Origin: Amoebidium appalachense
Taxonomy: Eukaryota > Protista > Ichthyosporea
Reading direction: 5' to 3'
DNA: 64,000 bases
Assembly: GCA_963693365.1 (NCBI GenBank)
Contig: CAVNZM010000003.1
Location: 5,266,472 to 5,330,471 of the forward strand
The translations under genes were made by a program, and so were the position numbers. The notes beneath the pieces were generated by a model. It had not been told where the DNA came from and ran no database searches. It worked only from the letters and a program-made list of their open reading frames with translations. Of the stretch, positions 49,889 through 62,366 are shown in pieces; the first letter of the stretch is position 1, and each line of letters opens with the position of its first letter.

Positions 49889-50344
49889 GCAGGGTTGATT
49901 CGCATGAAAAACAAGTGTTTGTATTTGCCGATAGGTGGGGGGGGGGGGGGGGGGGGGGGGGAGGGAGGGAGGGGGGAGGCCTTGTGTGTGGGGGGGGAGG
50001 GGGAGGGGTGGGGAAGCAGGGTTGATTAGCATGAAAAAAAAGTGTTTGTATTTGCCGGTGGGTGGCCCGGGGGGGGGGAGAGGGGGGAGACCTTGTGGTC
50101 GGTGGAGGGGGGGGGGGGGGGGGAAAGGGGGAGGGGGAAGAGGGGTCTAATACTACATAGGGTGATAATCAATCATGGTCATGTACTTGGGACGGTAGCG
50201 GCGACGAGGCCTGCTAGTAGGGAGAATCGGGGGACCGTGGGGGGGGGATGAGGGGCTTTGGGTGTGTGTGTGTGGGGGGGGGGGGGGGGGAGGGGGGGGG
50301 AGGGGGGGGGTTATTGGTGTTAAGGGCAAGGGTATGTATTTGCG

Positions 50345-50375
<31 letters not shown>

Positions 50376-50387
50376 ATTGGCGTAAAA
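49454..50387. repeat. Dispersed array of a degenerate GATT(G/C/A/T)GC(G/A)TGAAAA-like motif between G-runs
   Basis: Copies at 49454, 49580, 49673, ~49760 (weak), 49897, 50024 and 50375. The last-but-one pair extends to a ~45-bp direct repeat (GCAGGGTTGATT.GCATGAAAAA.AAGTGTTTGTATTTGCCG). Confidence 0.6.
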
Positions 50388-50479
50388 TTGCGGTGGAAAC
50401 AATGTGAATATTCGTATATGCAGGAAACCAGGTCGTGCAAGATTATTACTAACAGGTCGACACGTGCACCTGCACACGT

Positions 50480-50512
<33 letters not shown>

Positions 50513-51024
50513 CCCTCCCACCTTTTGTACTTTCCTTCTTTTTTCCATGGCAATCATCAACCTCTCGTCCCAAACAACTCCGAGACTCACACAAACAAGA
50601 TTTCAATGTGGCACACATCCTGCTGCACGGTGGGTTTTAAGGCCCATTTAATATCCCTTTTTAGTCAGTTAAAAATTAAAAAATTTCCGTTCAATGTGTA
50701 TCTCGCCAATCACAAAGCGTAAATCACGTCGGGTCTGATCATGGCCCGGATTCCTGAAGGGTGAACCCCTTTAACAGCCACACAAAATAGCCATTATGCA
50801 TATGGACGGTGCTGTTGTGCACGTGTGTGTGTGTGAGGTCTAGGGTGTGTGGGTGCGTAATAATAATTAAGTGTTGGTGAGTGGCCATAGGTGAGGGCGG
50901 GGGGAGGGGGGGGGGGGGGGGGGGGAGAGGGAGGGAGGGAGAGTTGGGTACAGGTGGGTATGGGGTTCGGAGTTTTTGGGATGGTTGGGTGGGCCTGGGT
51001 GGGTGGGTGGGTGGGTGGGTGGGG

Positions 51025-51067
<43 letters not shown>

Positions 51068-51284
51068 GGGGGGGGGGGGGGGAAGAGGCCACACACAAAA
51101 ACACATGGGTACCAGAAAGTTTCCGGCCAATACGTTGTGCTGAAAAAGCCCAAGCCAGGCGTGTTTTTTTTTTTTTGTTTACATGGTATGTAGGTGTGGT
51201 TTGCCTTATTAGGCTATAAACATAGAACTTAGCCTCAGATTGAATGTACAAGAAATTTAATTCGCTTTGCAAGCAAAGCTCATA

Positions 51285-51338
51285 AATCGGCCGCCCAGGG
51301 TCGGGAGAGCCCTACAATTTAAAGAAAGAGAGCGACGT

Positions 51339-51424
<86 letters not shown>

Positions 51425-51551
51425 GACAGAGTGCTCTAGAGGGTGGGCGAGAGAGAGAAAGAGAGATTTAAATCTCTTCTTTGGCATGGCTCTATCGGAG
51501 ACAGAGGGGGAGAGAGAGAGGGAGATCAGAGAGAGAGAGAGACAGAGGGGG

Positions 51552-51637
<86 letters not shown>

Positions 51638-52161
51638 TGGAGAGAGCCTCAGAGAGAGAGACAGACAGACGGAGAGGGGGAGGGGGGAAGAGAAGGGCAG
51701 AGAGAGGGAGAAAGGGGTGGGAAGGCGGTGAGAAGAGAAAAGTGGGGTGGAGGGGGGAAGGGAAGGGGGGGGGGGGGGGGGAGGGGGGGTAGAGAAAGAG
51801 AAAAGGAAACGAAAAGGGGGGTATATAGTTTTGGTAGTTATTTAGGAATTTGGGGATATAGAGGGGGAGGACACGAAGGGTTGAGGGGAACAGAGGGAGA
51901 GAGATAGCAAATGAGAGTGAGGGAGAGGGAAGAGTGGTGAGGGCTTCTTCTTTCTTTTTTTTTTTTAACTGGGGGGGAGGGGGGGGGGGGGGGGGGGGGT
52001 GCATGATCCAATCATCGATCGCCATAAATCGCTGGTGGGCGAGAGAGAGAGAGAGAGAGATTTAGATCTCTTCTTTGGCATGGCTCTATCGGAGACAGAG
52101 GGGAGAGAGAGAAGGAAATCAGAGAGAGGGAGACAGAGGGGAGAGAGAGAGAGAGACAACG

Positions 52162-52206
<45 letters not shown>

Positions 52207-52550
52207 GGGGAGAGGGAGAGAGAGAGAGAGAGAGGGGGGGGGGGGGGGGGGAGAGAGAGAGAGTTTTCATCACCGAATCATCGACCGCCATAATAACGGC
52301 CTCTGGATATTCGAATAACCCGCCAATATTTTTTTCCACCAAGATCATCGCATTGGATAGCAGAATGACTCAGCAAACTGTCACACTGAACTCCGTCCTC
52401 CAATGCGCAAAGCCGCACAAGAAAATACCATATATAGGAAAAAAAAACTTCCAAATTCGTGCAACAAAAAAAACATAGTGCAGGCGTTTGGTACCTTTAC
52501 AGAAAACAGGGCCTTCAGGCTCAGCTAACGCTTCGCCTGGGCGGCCGATT
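51285..52550. mobile_element. Possible non-autonomous element bounded by 15-bp inverted repeats
   Basis: AATCGGCCGCCCAGG (51285-51299) and CCTGGGCGGCCGATT (52536-52550) form a perfect IR. Internal ~110-bp direct repeat at ~51443 and ~52034. No coding sequence; TSD unclear. Confidence 0.5.
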
Positions 52551-53250
52551 ATTATATTGATATTATGTTGGCACAGACAGAATTTTTTTTTGGGATCTCA
52601 ATAGTCGATCTCAAATGTCGATTATCACACCATATAGCTATACGGTACAAGAAACATTTTAGCATAATTCCGACAACATTAATCTTGCCTATATATCTGC
52701 AATGGATTATGTTCTTACATTAATTATGTGCCGTGTTTTTTCCACAAGTCATACTAAGAACCACCAGCTCGGGTTAGGGCAAGGCATGGACCTGATCCCA
52801 CCAGCTTCACTTGACCATAGCAATCCATGATTCTAAATATATATGTTTTGAAAACCCATTGTGACAAGCACCAGTGACTATCTTTACATACAATTAGTGT
52901 AATGAATGTGAAGTGAAATTTCGAAAACTGTTACGCGCATATGTTCGGCTGGCAGCCCCAGGAACCTTCAAGCACAAAGAGAGGGAGGGGAGATGAGGGG
53001 GGGAGAAGGGGGGGGGGGGGGGTTAATTTCATTCTGCTGACCTATGCAAATCTAGAACGACCTTTCTTCTTAAGGGAAAAAAAAAAAAAAAGAAGAAAAA
53101 AAGAAACCGTTCAAGTGTACATTTGCACGGATACTTCCGTCCTACAAAACGTGCAAGAAAGAGCTAGTCAAAACAGGGGGAAAAAAAGGCGTAAGAAAGT
53201 CTTACCAAACTGAAGGGAATGCCAAGATTCACCAGGAAGGAAAACAACCC

Positions 53251-53306
<56 letters not shown>

Positions 53307-53731
53307 AAAAAAATAAAATCTTAGGAGACAAACCCGACAAAAGCGGTACAGAGCGTACAATGTCAACAAGTTGAGACAAATCCTGGGGCTGTTACCAAAA
53401 AATTGATATGGAAAGAGCACGCGCAACAGGGGAGGCTGGGAGAGGGGTGGTGGTGGAGGAGGAGGTGGTTGGTGGTGGTGGTGGTGTGTGGGGGAGAAGT
53501 GGAGGTGGGGGTAGGGGGGTGGAGATAGAGAAAGAACAGACGAAGAGATAGAAAGGAGGAGAATATGGGGGGAGGAGGGGGGGAGGGGGGGGAACGACAA
53601 CGAGAGAAAAGTAATATTAGTGATATCATCCTGATGGAAGCATATTCGGCACACCACGCATCAAACCAAACACATCCAAAAGACATCAGTATACATCATT
53701 CAGAATGCCGCTTGCCTGCCGTGTCAGGGAT

Positions 53732-53918
53732 TCAGTGAATGCTCTCCAAGGCACCCATGGGGCAAAATCTGGTAAAAAACCATTGCAAAATTTGCCTATC
53801 GGTCTGTGGCGGTACCAAACTCTGCGAATCAGTGAATGCTCTCCAAAGCACCCATGAGGCAAAATCCGGTAAAAGCCATTGCGAATTTTGCCCATCGGTC
53901 TGTGCCGGCCCCAAACTC
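53732..53918 (-). repeat. Tandem duplication (~97-bp period) of the ZIP gene 3' coding end including the stop codon
   Basis: 53829-53918 (coding) is repeated at 53732-53822 with substitutions, including TGG>TAG, and an indel. Confidence 0.9.
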
Positions 53919-54100
53919 ATTGCCCAATATGTCGATACACGACACGTAGAGGAATGTGCCGGACCCAAGAGCCTCAAAAAGGGCAGTTGCTGACTCATGA
54001 TCTCCCCCTGCATATCTGCAATGGATGTGTGAGAGGAGCAGACATAGGAAGGGGGGGAGGGGGGAGAGGGGAAAAGAGAAGAAGGAAAGGGGCATTATGT

Positions 54101-54131
<31 letters not shown>

Positions 54132-55820
54132 GGGGGTGGGGGGCAGGGTGAGAGGGCGGGGGGGGGGGGGGGGGGGGGGGGAGGGGAGGGAAGGTTGGGG
54201 GAGGGGGGAGGGTGGGTGGGTGGGTCGGGGGGGGGGGGGGGGGGGGGGGGGTTAGAAAGTGTACAGAGTATGAAGTGCACAGTCATGGCAGACAGCATAA
54301 TGCAGAGTACAAACCACACCTAAAGAGTATGCACCCGGCGGGGGGAGGGGGGGGTGGGGGGGGGTGGGGGGGGGGGGGACAGAGTTAAGATGTGTTCCCA
54401 AATGTGAAGCAGGCTCAAAGACGAACACCAGATGGAAGGTGAAAGGAATTGTATGCGCGTGCTTGTGCACAAGATACGGGTACGCGCCATGTGTGTGTGT
54501 GCATGTCTGTGTGTGTGTGCGTGTGTTTGTGTGTGTGCATGTCTGTGTGTGTGTGCGTGTGTTTGTGTGTGTGCATGTCTGTGTGTGTGTGCGTGTGTTT
54601 GTGTGTGTGCATGTCTGTGTGTGTGCGTGTGTTTGTGTGTGTGCATGTCTGTGTGTGTGCGTGTGTTTGTGTGTGTGCATGTCTGTGTGTGTGTGCGTGT
54701 GTTTGTGTGTGTGCATGTCTGTGTGTGTGTGCGTGTGTTTGTGTGTGTGCATGTCTGTGTGCGTGTGCGTGTGTTTGTGTGTGTGCATGTCTGTGCGCGT
54801 GTGCGTGTGTTTGTGTGTGTGCATGTCTGTGTGTGTGTGCGTGTGTTTGTGTGTGTGCATCTCTGTGTGTGTGCGTGTGTTTGTGTGTGTGCATGTCTGT
54901 GTGTGTGCGTGTGTTTGTGTGTGTGCATGTCTGTGTGTGTGTGCGTGTGTTTGTGTGTGTGCATGTCTGTGTGTGTGTGCGTGTGTTTGTGTGTGTGCAT
55001 GTCTGTGTGTGTGTGCGTGTGTTTGTGTGTGTGCATGTCTGTGTGTGTGTGCGTGTGTTTGTGTGTGTGCATGTCTGTGTGTGTGTGCGTGTGTTTGTGT
55101 GTGTGCATGTCTGTGTGTGTGTGCGTGTGTTTATGTGTGTGCATGTCTGTGTGTGTGCGTGTGTTTGTGTGTGTGCATGTCTGTGTGTGTGTGCGTGTGT
55201 TTGTGTGTGTGCATGTCTGTGTGTGTGTGCGTGTGTTTGTGTGTGTGCATGTCTGTGTGTGTGCGTGTGTTTGTGTGTGTGCATGTCTGTGTGTGTGTGC
55301 GTGTGTTTGTGTGTGTGCATGTCTGTGTGTGCGTGCGTGTGTTTGTGTGTGTGAATGTCTGTGTGTGTGTGCGTGTGTTTGTGTGTGTGCATGTCTGTGT
55401 GTGTGTGCGTGTGTTTGTGTGTGTGCATGTCTGTGTGTGTGTGCGTGTGTTTGTGTGTGTGCATGTCTGTGTGTGTGTGCGTGTGCATGTCTGTGTGTGT
55501 GTGAGTATGCTTGTGCGCGCACACACATGCGTGTGTGTGCATGCATATGTGGTGTGTGGGTGGTTGTGTACCCTGCAGGGGAAGGAGGGAGGGAAAGAGG
55601 GTGTGTGTGTGTGTGTTGGTGGGGAGGGGAGGGGGGAAAGAGGGTGTGTGTGTGTGTGTGTGTGTTGGGGGGGGAGGGGAGGGTTCATACTTGTCCAGGA
55701 TCAGACCAATCAGAATACCGCACGGGGTTGCAAAGGAAAAGGCCACCACCAGCTTTGTGATGCGGCCCTTTGCGACCCTGTTGCCCAGCATGCTGATGCT
55801 CAGTGCAAGAGCAGCAGTGC

Positions 55821-55885
<65 letters not shown>

Positions 55886-56098
55886 ACGGGAAGGGGGGGG
55901 GGGGGGGGGGGGGGGGTGAGGGGGCGGAGAGGAAGGGACAAAAAAGACAGGTATAAGGGGGTTGAGTTCGGTGGTGGCGCATTTTAGAGGGATGAGATAA
56001 AGGGATGGAAGGGCGGAGGGAAGGGGGGAGGGGGAAAGAGGTGGTGGTGGTGGTGGTTTGGGGGGGGGGGGGGGGGGGGGGAGAGAGGGGGGAGGTGG

Positions 56099-56143
<45 letters not shown>

Positions 56144-56837
56144 TGATTTAGAGGAGGTATGGGCGTGGGGCAAGAATAGAGGGAACGGGTCGGGTAGGTA
56201 AAAACAAGGCAATGCATTTCAATGTCGTGCTTTGTGCTATTTCGTATCATATCAGCAGTAATCTTTGCATGAAAATGCCAAGGTAAAACAACCCCCCCCC
56301 CCCCCCCAAAAAAAAAAAAGGAAAAAAAAAGAAATCTCCCCCGCCTGGGGTCGAACCAGGGACCTTTCGGTTAACAGCCGAACGCGCTGCCAATTGCGCC
56401 ACGGAGGATTTGATGTTTTCCGGGCCATCAGCTGACTCATGATCGCTATCTTACAACGTGACACGTAATTATTCTAATCTCAACGAACACTCCCCCTCCC
56501 CCCCCCCCCCCCCCCCCCCCCCCTCCCCTCCCCTAAAAACAATTGAGCTCATAAATTGCTGTAGCCCGCTCTCCCTTTTTAACAATCGTTGCCATCTCAG
56601 GCCAAAAATCAAGGGACCATCACAAGGACCTCCAAAGACTTTAAAAAAATTAACCACAGAGAGCGAAGCACACATTTACAACGATAACCATAGTGGCAGA
56701 CATGCCAAAAAACATATAGAAAAAGGCATGAAAGAAGAAAGAAGAGCCCATTACATAGCAAAACCATGCGAATATTAACCAATAGTACCCGAGTTTTGAC
56801 TCAAAACCCGAAAGGGGCTTTTTTTTATTTTGTGTGT

Positions 56838-56899
<62 letters not shown>

Positions 56900-59800
56900 G
56901 GGGGGGGGGGGGGGGGGATAATACCTTGTGTGCCAATATGCCAACCAATATTAGAGCCACCTGTTTCTTGTCGTTAATCATTCCTACCGTCAGACCGGCG
57001 ATGACCGAATGCAGAGACAAAACGGCCAGAAGCAGATACGGCACAATATTGAACCCCACTTCCCGATTACGTGCGATCGGAACTTCCTCCCCGCGTAGGT
57101 GGTTGGTCAGGGCCAACCCCGCCTCTACCCCCTGACCGAACAACTTATCGTAGTAGCTGATTCGGTGTTGGTGCGGGTGTTCGGGTGTTGGGTTTGATGA
57201 TGTGCTAGCTCCCGTAATCGGATCGCGATCGTGATCGTGATTTTGTTTCGACGTGTGCGCCCCACACTCATTAATCGGAACATCTACTGGCAAACTCGCT
57301 TGCGAGAACGTGTCAAGCATGTCGCGATTCAATATCCCATCGTCAGGAATAATCCGATCGCGCGATCGGATGTTCCCGTTCAGGTGATCGTGAGCATGCT
57401 CATTGGACGGTGGTATTAACGGTGTGGTTTCATTGGCATGTTCGTGTCCTCCCTCCCCGTGATTGGCTCCCGCATGCGCGTGGTGTGGGCAGTCATCCGG
57501 GGCGCTGACAATTAGCGAATGGGCTTGGCCCAAAGCGACTTTCTCGACGAAAAGCGTCAGAAAAAACCCGATTCCGGCACAGTACATAGCGATCGGGAGT
57601 CCCCCCATGCTTTCTTCGAGAGATGCGGCCGATTTCATTGCATCGGGGAGCATGTGCACAAGTCCAACGGCAAAGAAAACCCCCCCGGCAAATGTGCTGA
57701 GACGTGCCATAACCTTGGGGCTGATTCGGAACCTGGGGAAAATACCGATTAGCACCGATTATTACCGATATAATATGCCGATTAGCGCCAATTCAGCTAG
57801 ATATAGTAATTGGTTTGGTTAACAGGACAAGAAATAGGTGTACATTAGAGATGGAGACATGTTGTGGGGGTTAGGGGCGGGGAGGGGGCATCAGACCAAC
57901 CAGATTATACAAAACAGAGCAATATAATACACAACGGGAAAAGCAACACACAAAGCAAACATAAAACACACTAGAGTATGAAACACAAGGGAGAGCCTTT
58001 CTTCAGGAAAGGTCAAATTATTTGCAGGAGCAGGGAGACAACATCAGGAAGAAACTAGGGGCAAGGAGGAAGAGGTGTTTGTGTGTGTGTGTGTAGAGTA
58101 TGAAACTGCGACATGCTTTGCAACACAACATCAAACCATATTCAGGTGCACAACTATGAAGAAAGGATGACATTAAGATATAAACACTGTAGAGCCCGCC
58201 TAAGGGGAAGTGTGGAGCAAGACGGAATATGCCATGCAAAGATTTAAAAGATGCTTTCGCTCTGTCTTCTGATTTTGGGGTGTGTACGTGTGTGTATTTA
58301 TTTATTTCATTCCTTTTTTTGGGGGGCCGGGGGGGGAGGGGGGGGGGGGGGGAGGAGGGGGAGGAGGACTGAATACACAAGAAGCTAGAAAGAGAGAAAG
58401 GGGAAGGGAAAAACAAAAAAACCACCATAGGAAAAAAAGGGACGAAAGCGTCACAGGCAAGGACAGCACACAAATATTATGACTCAAAAAGTTAAAAAAA
58501 GAGACAGCAAACGTTGCAGGGTCACAGGAGACGTGGCAATAGCCCATCACCAGGAATGAGGTGAAGGGATGGGGGAAAAGTGATCCGATCCTTGGGGGGG
58601 GGGGGGGGGGGGGGGGGTATTGGGTGGGGGGGGAGGGGGGGGAAAGGCAACATAACTACCACAAAGGTACCTCCCCCCTCCCCCCCCCCCCCCCCCCCTC
58701 CCCCTCTCCCCACCACGATTACAAACAATAATTCTCCACATCTTTGTGAGGTCACTTCGCGAAGTCTAATGCAGCACCACTGCCATCACAAGTGCCCCCC
58801 CCCCCCCCCCCCCCCCGTCCCCCCTCCCCCTCCCCGCCTCCCTCCCTCCCTTCTCTCACCGTCCCTTATTACCTAGTTGCCCGAGAATTATGGTTCCTTT
58901 GCTCAAAGCAATGATATAGAGCATAAAATGTCCCTCTCTATCCCCCCCCCCCCCCCCCACCCCACCCCTTCCCTCCCTCCCTCCCTCCCCCCTCCCCCCT
59001 TCCTCCCCCCCCCCCCCCCCACACACACCCCACCCATCCCCCATTTCCAAAAACGCGGACACAGCAAAAGGAGTGGAATTTTGCAAAACGTTGGGGGGTT
59101 TACGAAAAGGAATAAAGGATAGTCCCTGTAGCCGAAGAGAATGGAGCAACGGGGGGATGGGGAGGGTAGGGGGGAGGGGGAGGGGGGAAAGAAAAAAAGA
59201 GAGAAAAAAAGAAATAAAGGGGGGAGGAAGAGGAGGAAGGGTCGGGGAGTGAGAGCGGGGAGGGAGGGAGAGAGAGAGTGAGGGAGAGGGAGGGGCGTAC
59301 ACACACACATAGAGAGAGAAGAGTGGGTGTTGGTGAACACGATCATAAGAGAGGAGGAAGGGGAGAGAGAGTAGGAGGTGTGGAGTGAGCAAGGGCAGGG
59401 AGGAAACAAGCCAGAGAAGAAAGAGGGAACCGAGAGAAAAGTGTGGGGAGAAGGGGGGGGGGGGTTTGGGGGGGATGGAGGAGGGGGGGGGGGGGGGGGG
59501 GGGGAGAGAGGGTCGGTGAAGTCTCGGCCCCATCCCCCCTACTCATATCCAGCTGTTAACCGCAGCAAGCAGACGAGATATGCCATGAATTCACAGCTCA
59601 GAAGAATTAAACCCAAAAAAAGGGATACAAAGCAGAATATCAAAACAGATACTAACAGAAATCCACTTTCCATCATCCCTCTCTCTCCACCCTATCCCCT
59701 CCTCACACCTTCATGGCATACGTGGTGGACAAAAAAAAGAAAAAAGCACCGGTTCCGCAGCTCTGGGGACCCTCAATTTGCAAGCCATCACCTGAACTCT

Positions 59801-60196
59801 TTCATATGAAGGTGGGTGGGTGTAAGCCTTCATGCGTGTGTACGTGTAGCTCAACACACTTCATGACAATTCGGTGTCCGTATGCTGTTCTTGTGCAGCA
59901 AGTATTGTGTCATGCATGCAGACAAATATAGCGCAGGGTATGCAACACACATAGATTTCCGGGCAATTGTGAAGGCTGCGTGCCCGTGTCCGTGTGTACG
60001 TGTGTGTGTGCGTGCGTGCGTATTTGCGTGCGCATGCGTGTGTGCACGTACATGCGTGGGTATGCCAGCGTGCATCGGGCCGGCACATGCGCACTCACCT
60101 CAGGGGCAGTAAACCGCCCACCACTGCCACCGCAATCATAGAGGCCGCCGCCTCCAGCTTGAAGACCAGATGCATTTCATCCCCTGCATCTCCCAT
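53829..60196 (-). CDS. ZIP-family (ZRT/IRT, SLC39) zinc/iron transporter, 4 exons
   Basis: Exons 60196-60099, 57732-56925, 55821-55691, 54015-53829; phase-consistent. Motifs: FAGGVFFAVGLVHMLPDA, His-rich loop, LSLHSVIAGL, ILAHKGTAALAL, FSFATPCGILIG, GTFLYVSCIDILGNEF. Confidence 0.95.
54490..55500. repeat. 34-36-bp compound minisatellite (roughly 28 copies) in ZIP intron 3
   Basis: Unit CATGTCTGTGTGTGTGTGCGTGTGTTTGTGTGTGTG; anchors at 54502, 54538, 54574, 54610 and onward. Confidence 0.95.
56322..56334 (-). terminator. RNA polymerase III oligo-T terminator of the tRNA
   Basis: Minus strand reads TTTCTTTTTTTTT starting 2 nt after the tRNA 3' end. Confidence 0.7.
56336..56408 (-). tRNA. tRNA-Asn(GTT): tRNA-Asn(GTT), 73 nt, intronless, inside ZIP intron 2
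   Basis: TCCTCCGTGGCGCAATTGGCAGCGCGTTCGGCTGTTAACCGAAAGGTCCCTGGTTCGACCCCAGGCGGGGGAG. Acceptor stem TCCTCCG/CGGGGGA, D stem GCGC/GCGC, anticodon stem TTCGG/CCGAA with loop CTGTTAA, T arm CCTGG-TTCGACC-CCAGG, discriminator G. Confidence 0.96.
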
Positions 60197-61281
60197 CGTG
60201 AATGTTGCTTGATATTCTCGCTTGATGTTCTTTGTTATAACGTGATGTTTGTATAAGCAGATGAGCCTAAGGGAGGATGTATGTATGTGTGTACTGAGGT
60301 TTTACTGCCACAGCTCCTCCAAAGGCCGAATGTTATCGTTTTAGACAACTTCTTTTTGAGTCTACGAATTTAGTAAAACCCGCAAAGTATCTTTCACTAT
60401 AGCCTATAACCCTTTAAACATGGGAGAAAAACATCATAGAACAATAGACGAATTATAGACGTACCAGGCCTCAGAGAAAACATAACTCTGCGTAGAAACG
60501 TCGGTGTGTGAAGGAATGGAGAACGATGGGCGCCGCTTTATAAACCCCCGCTGCATATTATAACGTGATATGATTGGCTGCACAAACGGCTACCTAGACC
60601 ATATAATAGGGTTATTAACTGAAATTCGTGGTGATAATTTTTATATAATATTTATATAATGTAGCCTGTATATATATACAATCAATCTTAGCTCTTAGCT
60701 CGTGCTGCTTGAGATAGAACATATGTATCAGACAGGAATTATGACCGCGCATTCAAAAATCACTTTTTTTTTTTTTTTTATAACTTTTGAATGAACTTTT
60801 TCATTACTTTCTACATAGTTATAAAGAGTGCCTGAAAATAAAAGAAGTGGGAAAAAAGAAAACTTTCGTTTGGTGAAATGGGGCTCAAATGAGTGAGCCT
60901 TCCGACTTCTATACCTACAACAGAGATAACCTTTTCTAACCTTGCCTGTAAATGGATAACTCAGTTACTGAGAACATGTGTATCATAGAATCGCTTGCCC
61001 TCTCATGTAGGCACATGTGTGACACACAAAGACACAAAAATAATGTATAAAGAATACTCTCCAGAAGTCTTTTGATGGCACACATAAGAACTGCAATATG
61101 ATTTTTAACGTGTTTTTTTCTTCCCCGCCGAAGGCTAACAGTCCAAGATAGCCAATAGATAACTTAACAAAAAGGCAGCAAAATTTCACCAGCAAAGCAA
61201 CCCACTAGCCAAATCTTCACTCCTTGTTTCCCCTCAAAATTCGAAGCTCTTTCTCAGGCCGAAGGCATTAAAGCAAGAAAA

Positions 61282-61343
61282 CATCGTATGTAACAAGAGC
61301 ACTAGGGTAGCATCGTATGTAACAAGAGCACTAGGGTAGCATC
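61282..61343. repeat. Perfect 29-bp tandem duplication upstream of the MAPKK-like gene
   Basis: CATCGTATGTAACAAGAGCACTAGGGTAG twice (61282-61310, 61311-61339), followed by CATC. Confidence 0.92.
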
Positions 61344-61517
61344 ATAAGCAACACAGACAGGGTGTCATTCTTTTTTTTTTCGCTCTTTGCTCCTTTTTTA
61401 AGCCAGGGCTTTCTGGTTCTTTGAAGGGGAGTGGCAGGTACATCGATCTTGGAATCCACTTTTTGACTGATGGAAACCCTATAGCCCATTTGTCTTGTGG
61501 CCACCTACACCTTCACC

Positions 61518-62015
61518 ATGTACAGAAAAAAGAAAAACCTGCTAATCAGCACGCCGGCTGAGACCAAGACGGCATACACTTTGTATGGCTCCACCCGACG
61601 TCTCTTCCTTTCCCTCCTCCCTCGTGTGCCCTCCACCCCCCTCATGGTTCCCATCCAACTTTTTAAGTGGGAACGTACGCAAGAACCCTCAACAGACACA
61701 TACACAAACACTTTCCCTACAAATTCATAATGGCTTGCAACTCAGGACACAGAGAGACACAAACACACATGCACGTACGCATACGCGCGCGCACGCACAC
61801 ACGCACACACACACACACACGCAGAGAGAGAGAAGAGAGGGTGAGAGAGAGCGAGAGAGAGAGAGACGCACACACACACACAAAAAAACAAAGAGAGATA
61901 GAGAGAGAGGGAGAGAGAGAGAGAGGGGGGGGGGGTTGGAGGGAGGGAGGTGTGCCTGTGTGCCTTGTGTGTGCGAGGGAGAGAAAGAGCGAGAGAGAGA
62001 GAGCGAGAGAGAGAG

Positions 62016-62052
<37 letters not shown>

Positions 62053-62295
62053 AGGGAGAGAGAGAACGAGAGAAAGAGGGGAGGGAGAGAGGAGGGGAGT
62101 GGGGGGGGGGAGGGGGGAGAGAGAGAGAGAGTGTGTGTGTGTGCGTGTGCGTGAAAGAGAGTGAGAGAAGGTGCGACGGACAGAAACACAGAAAAACACC
62201 TTCTCACTTGCACACAGAGAGAAAGTGAGTGAGACTCACAGACAGAGTGACCCACACCCACATATGCACATACACCAACATACACACACACACAG

Positions 62296-62366
<71 letters not shown>

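Noticed and set aside
53325-53390. cNMP-domain-like peptide VRSVPLLSGLS on the minus strand
   Set aside because: Short, no donor site or continuation, and it lies in the ZIP 3' flank; likely chance.
54252-54322. Extra hydrophobic ZIP exon (VWFVLCIMLSAM)
   Set aside because: Wrong phase; exon 55691 joins 54015 cleanly and gives a complete ZIP C-terminus.
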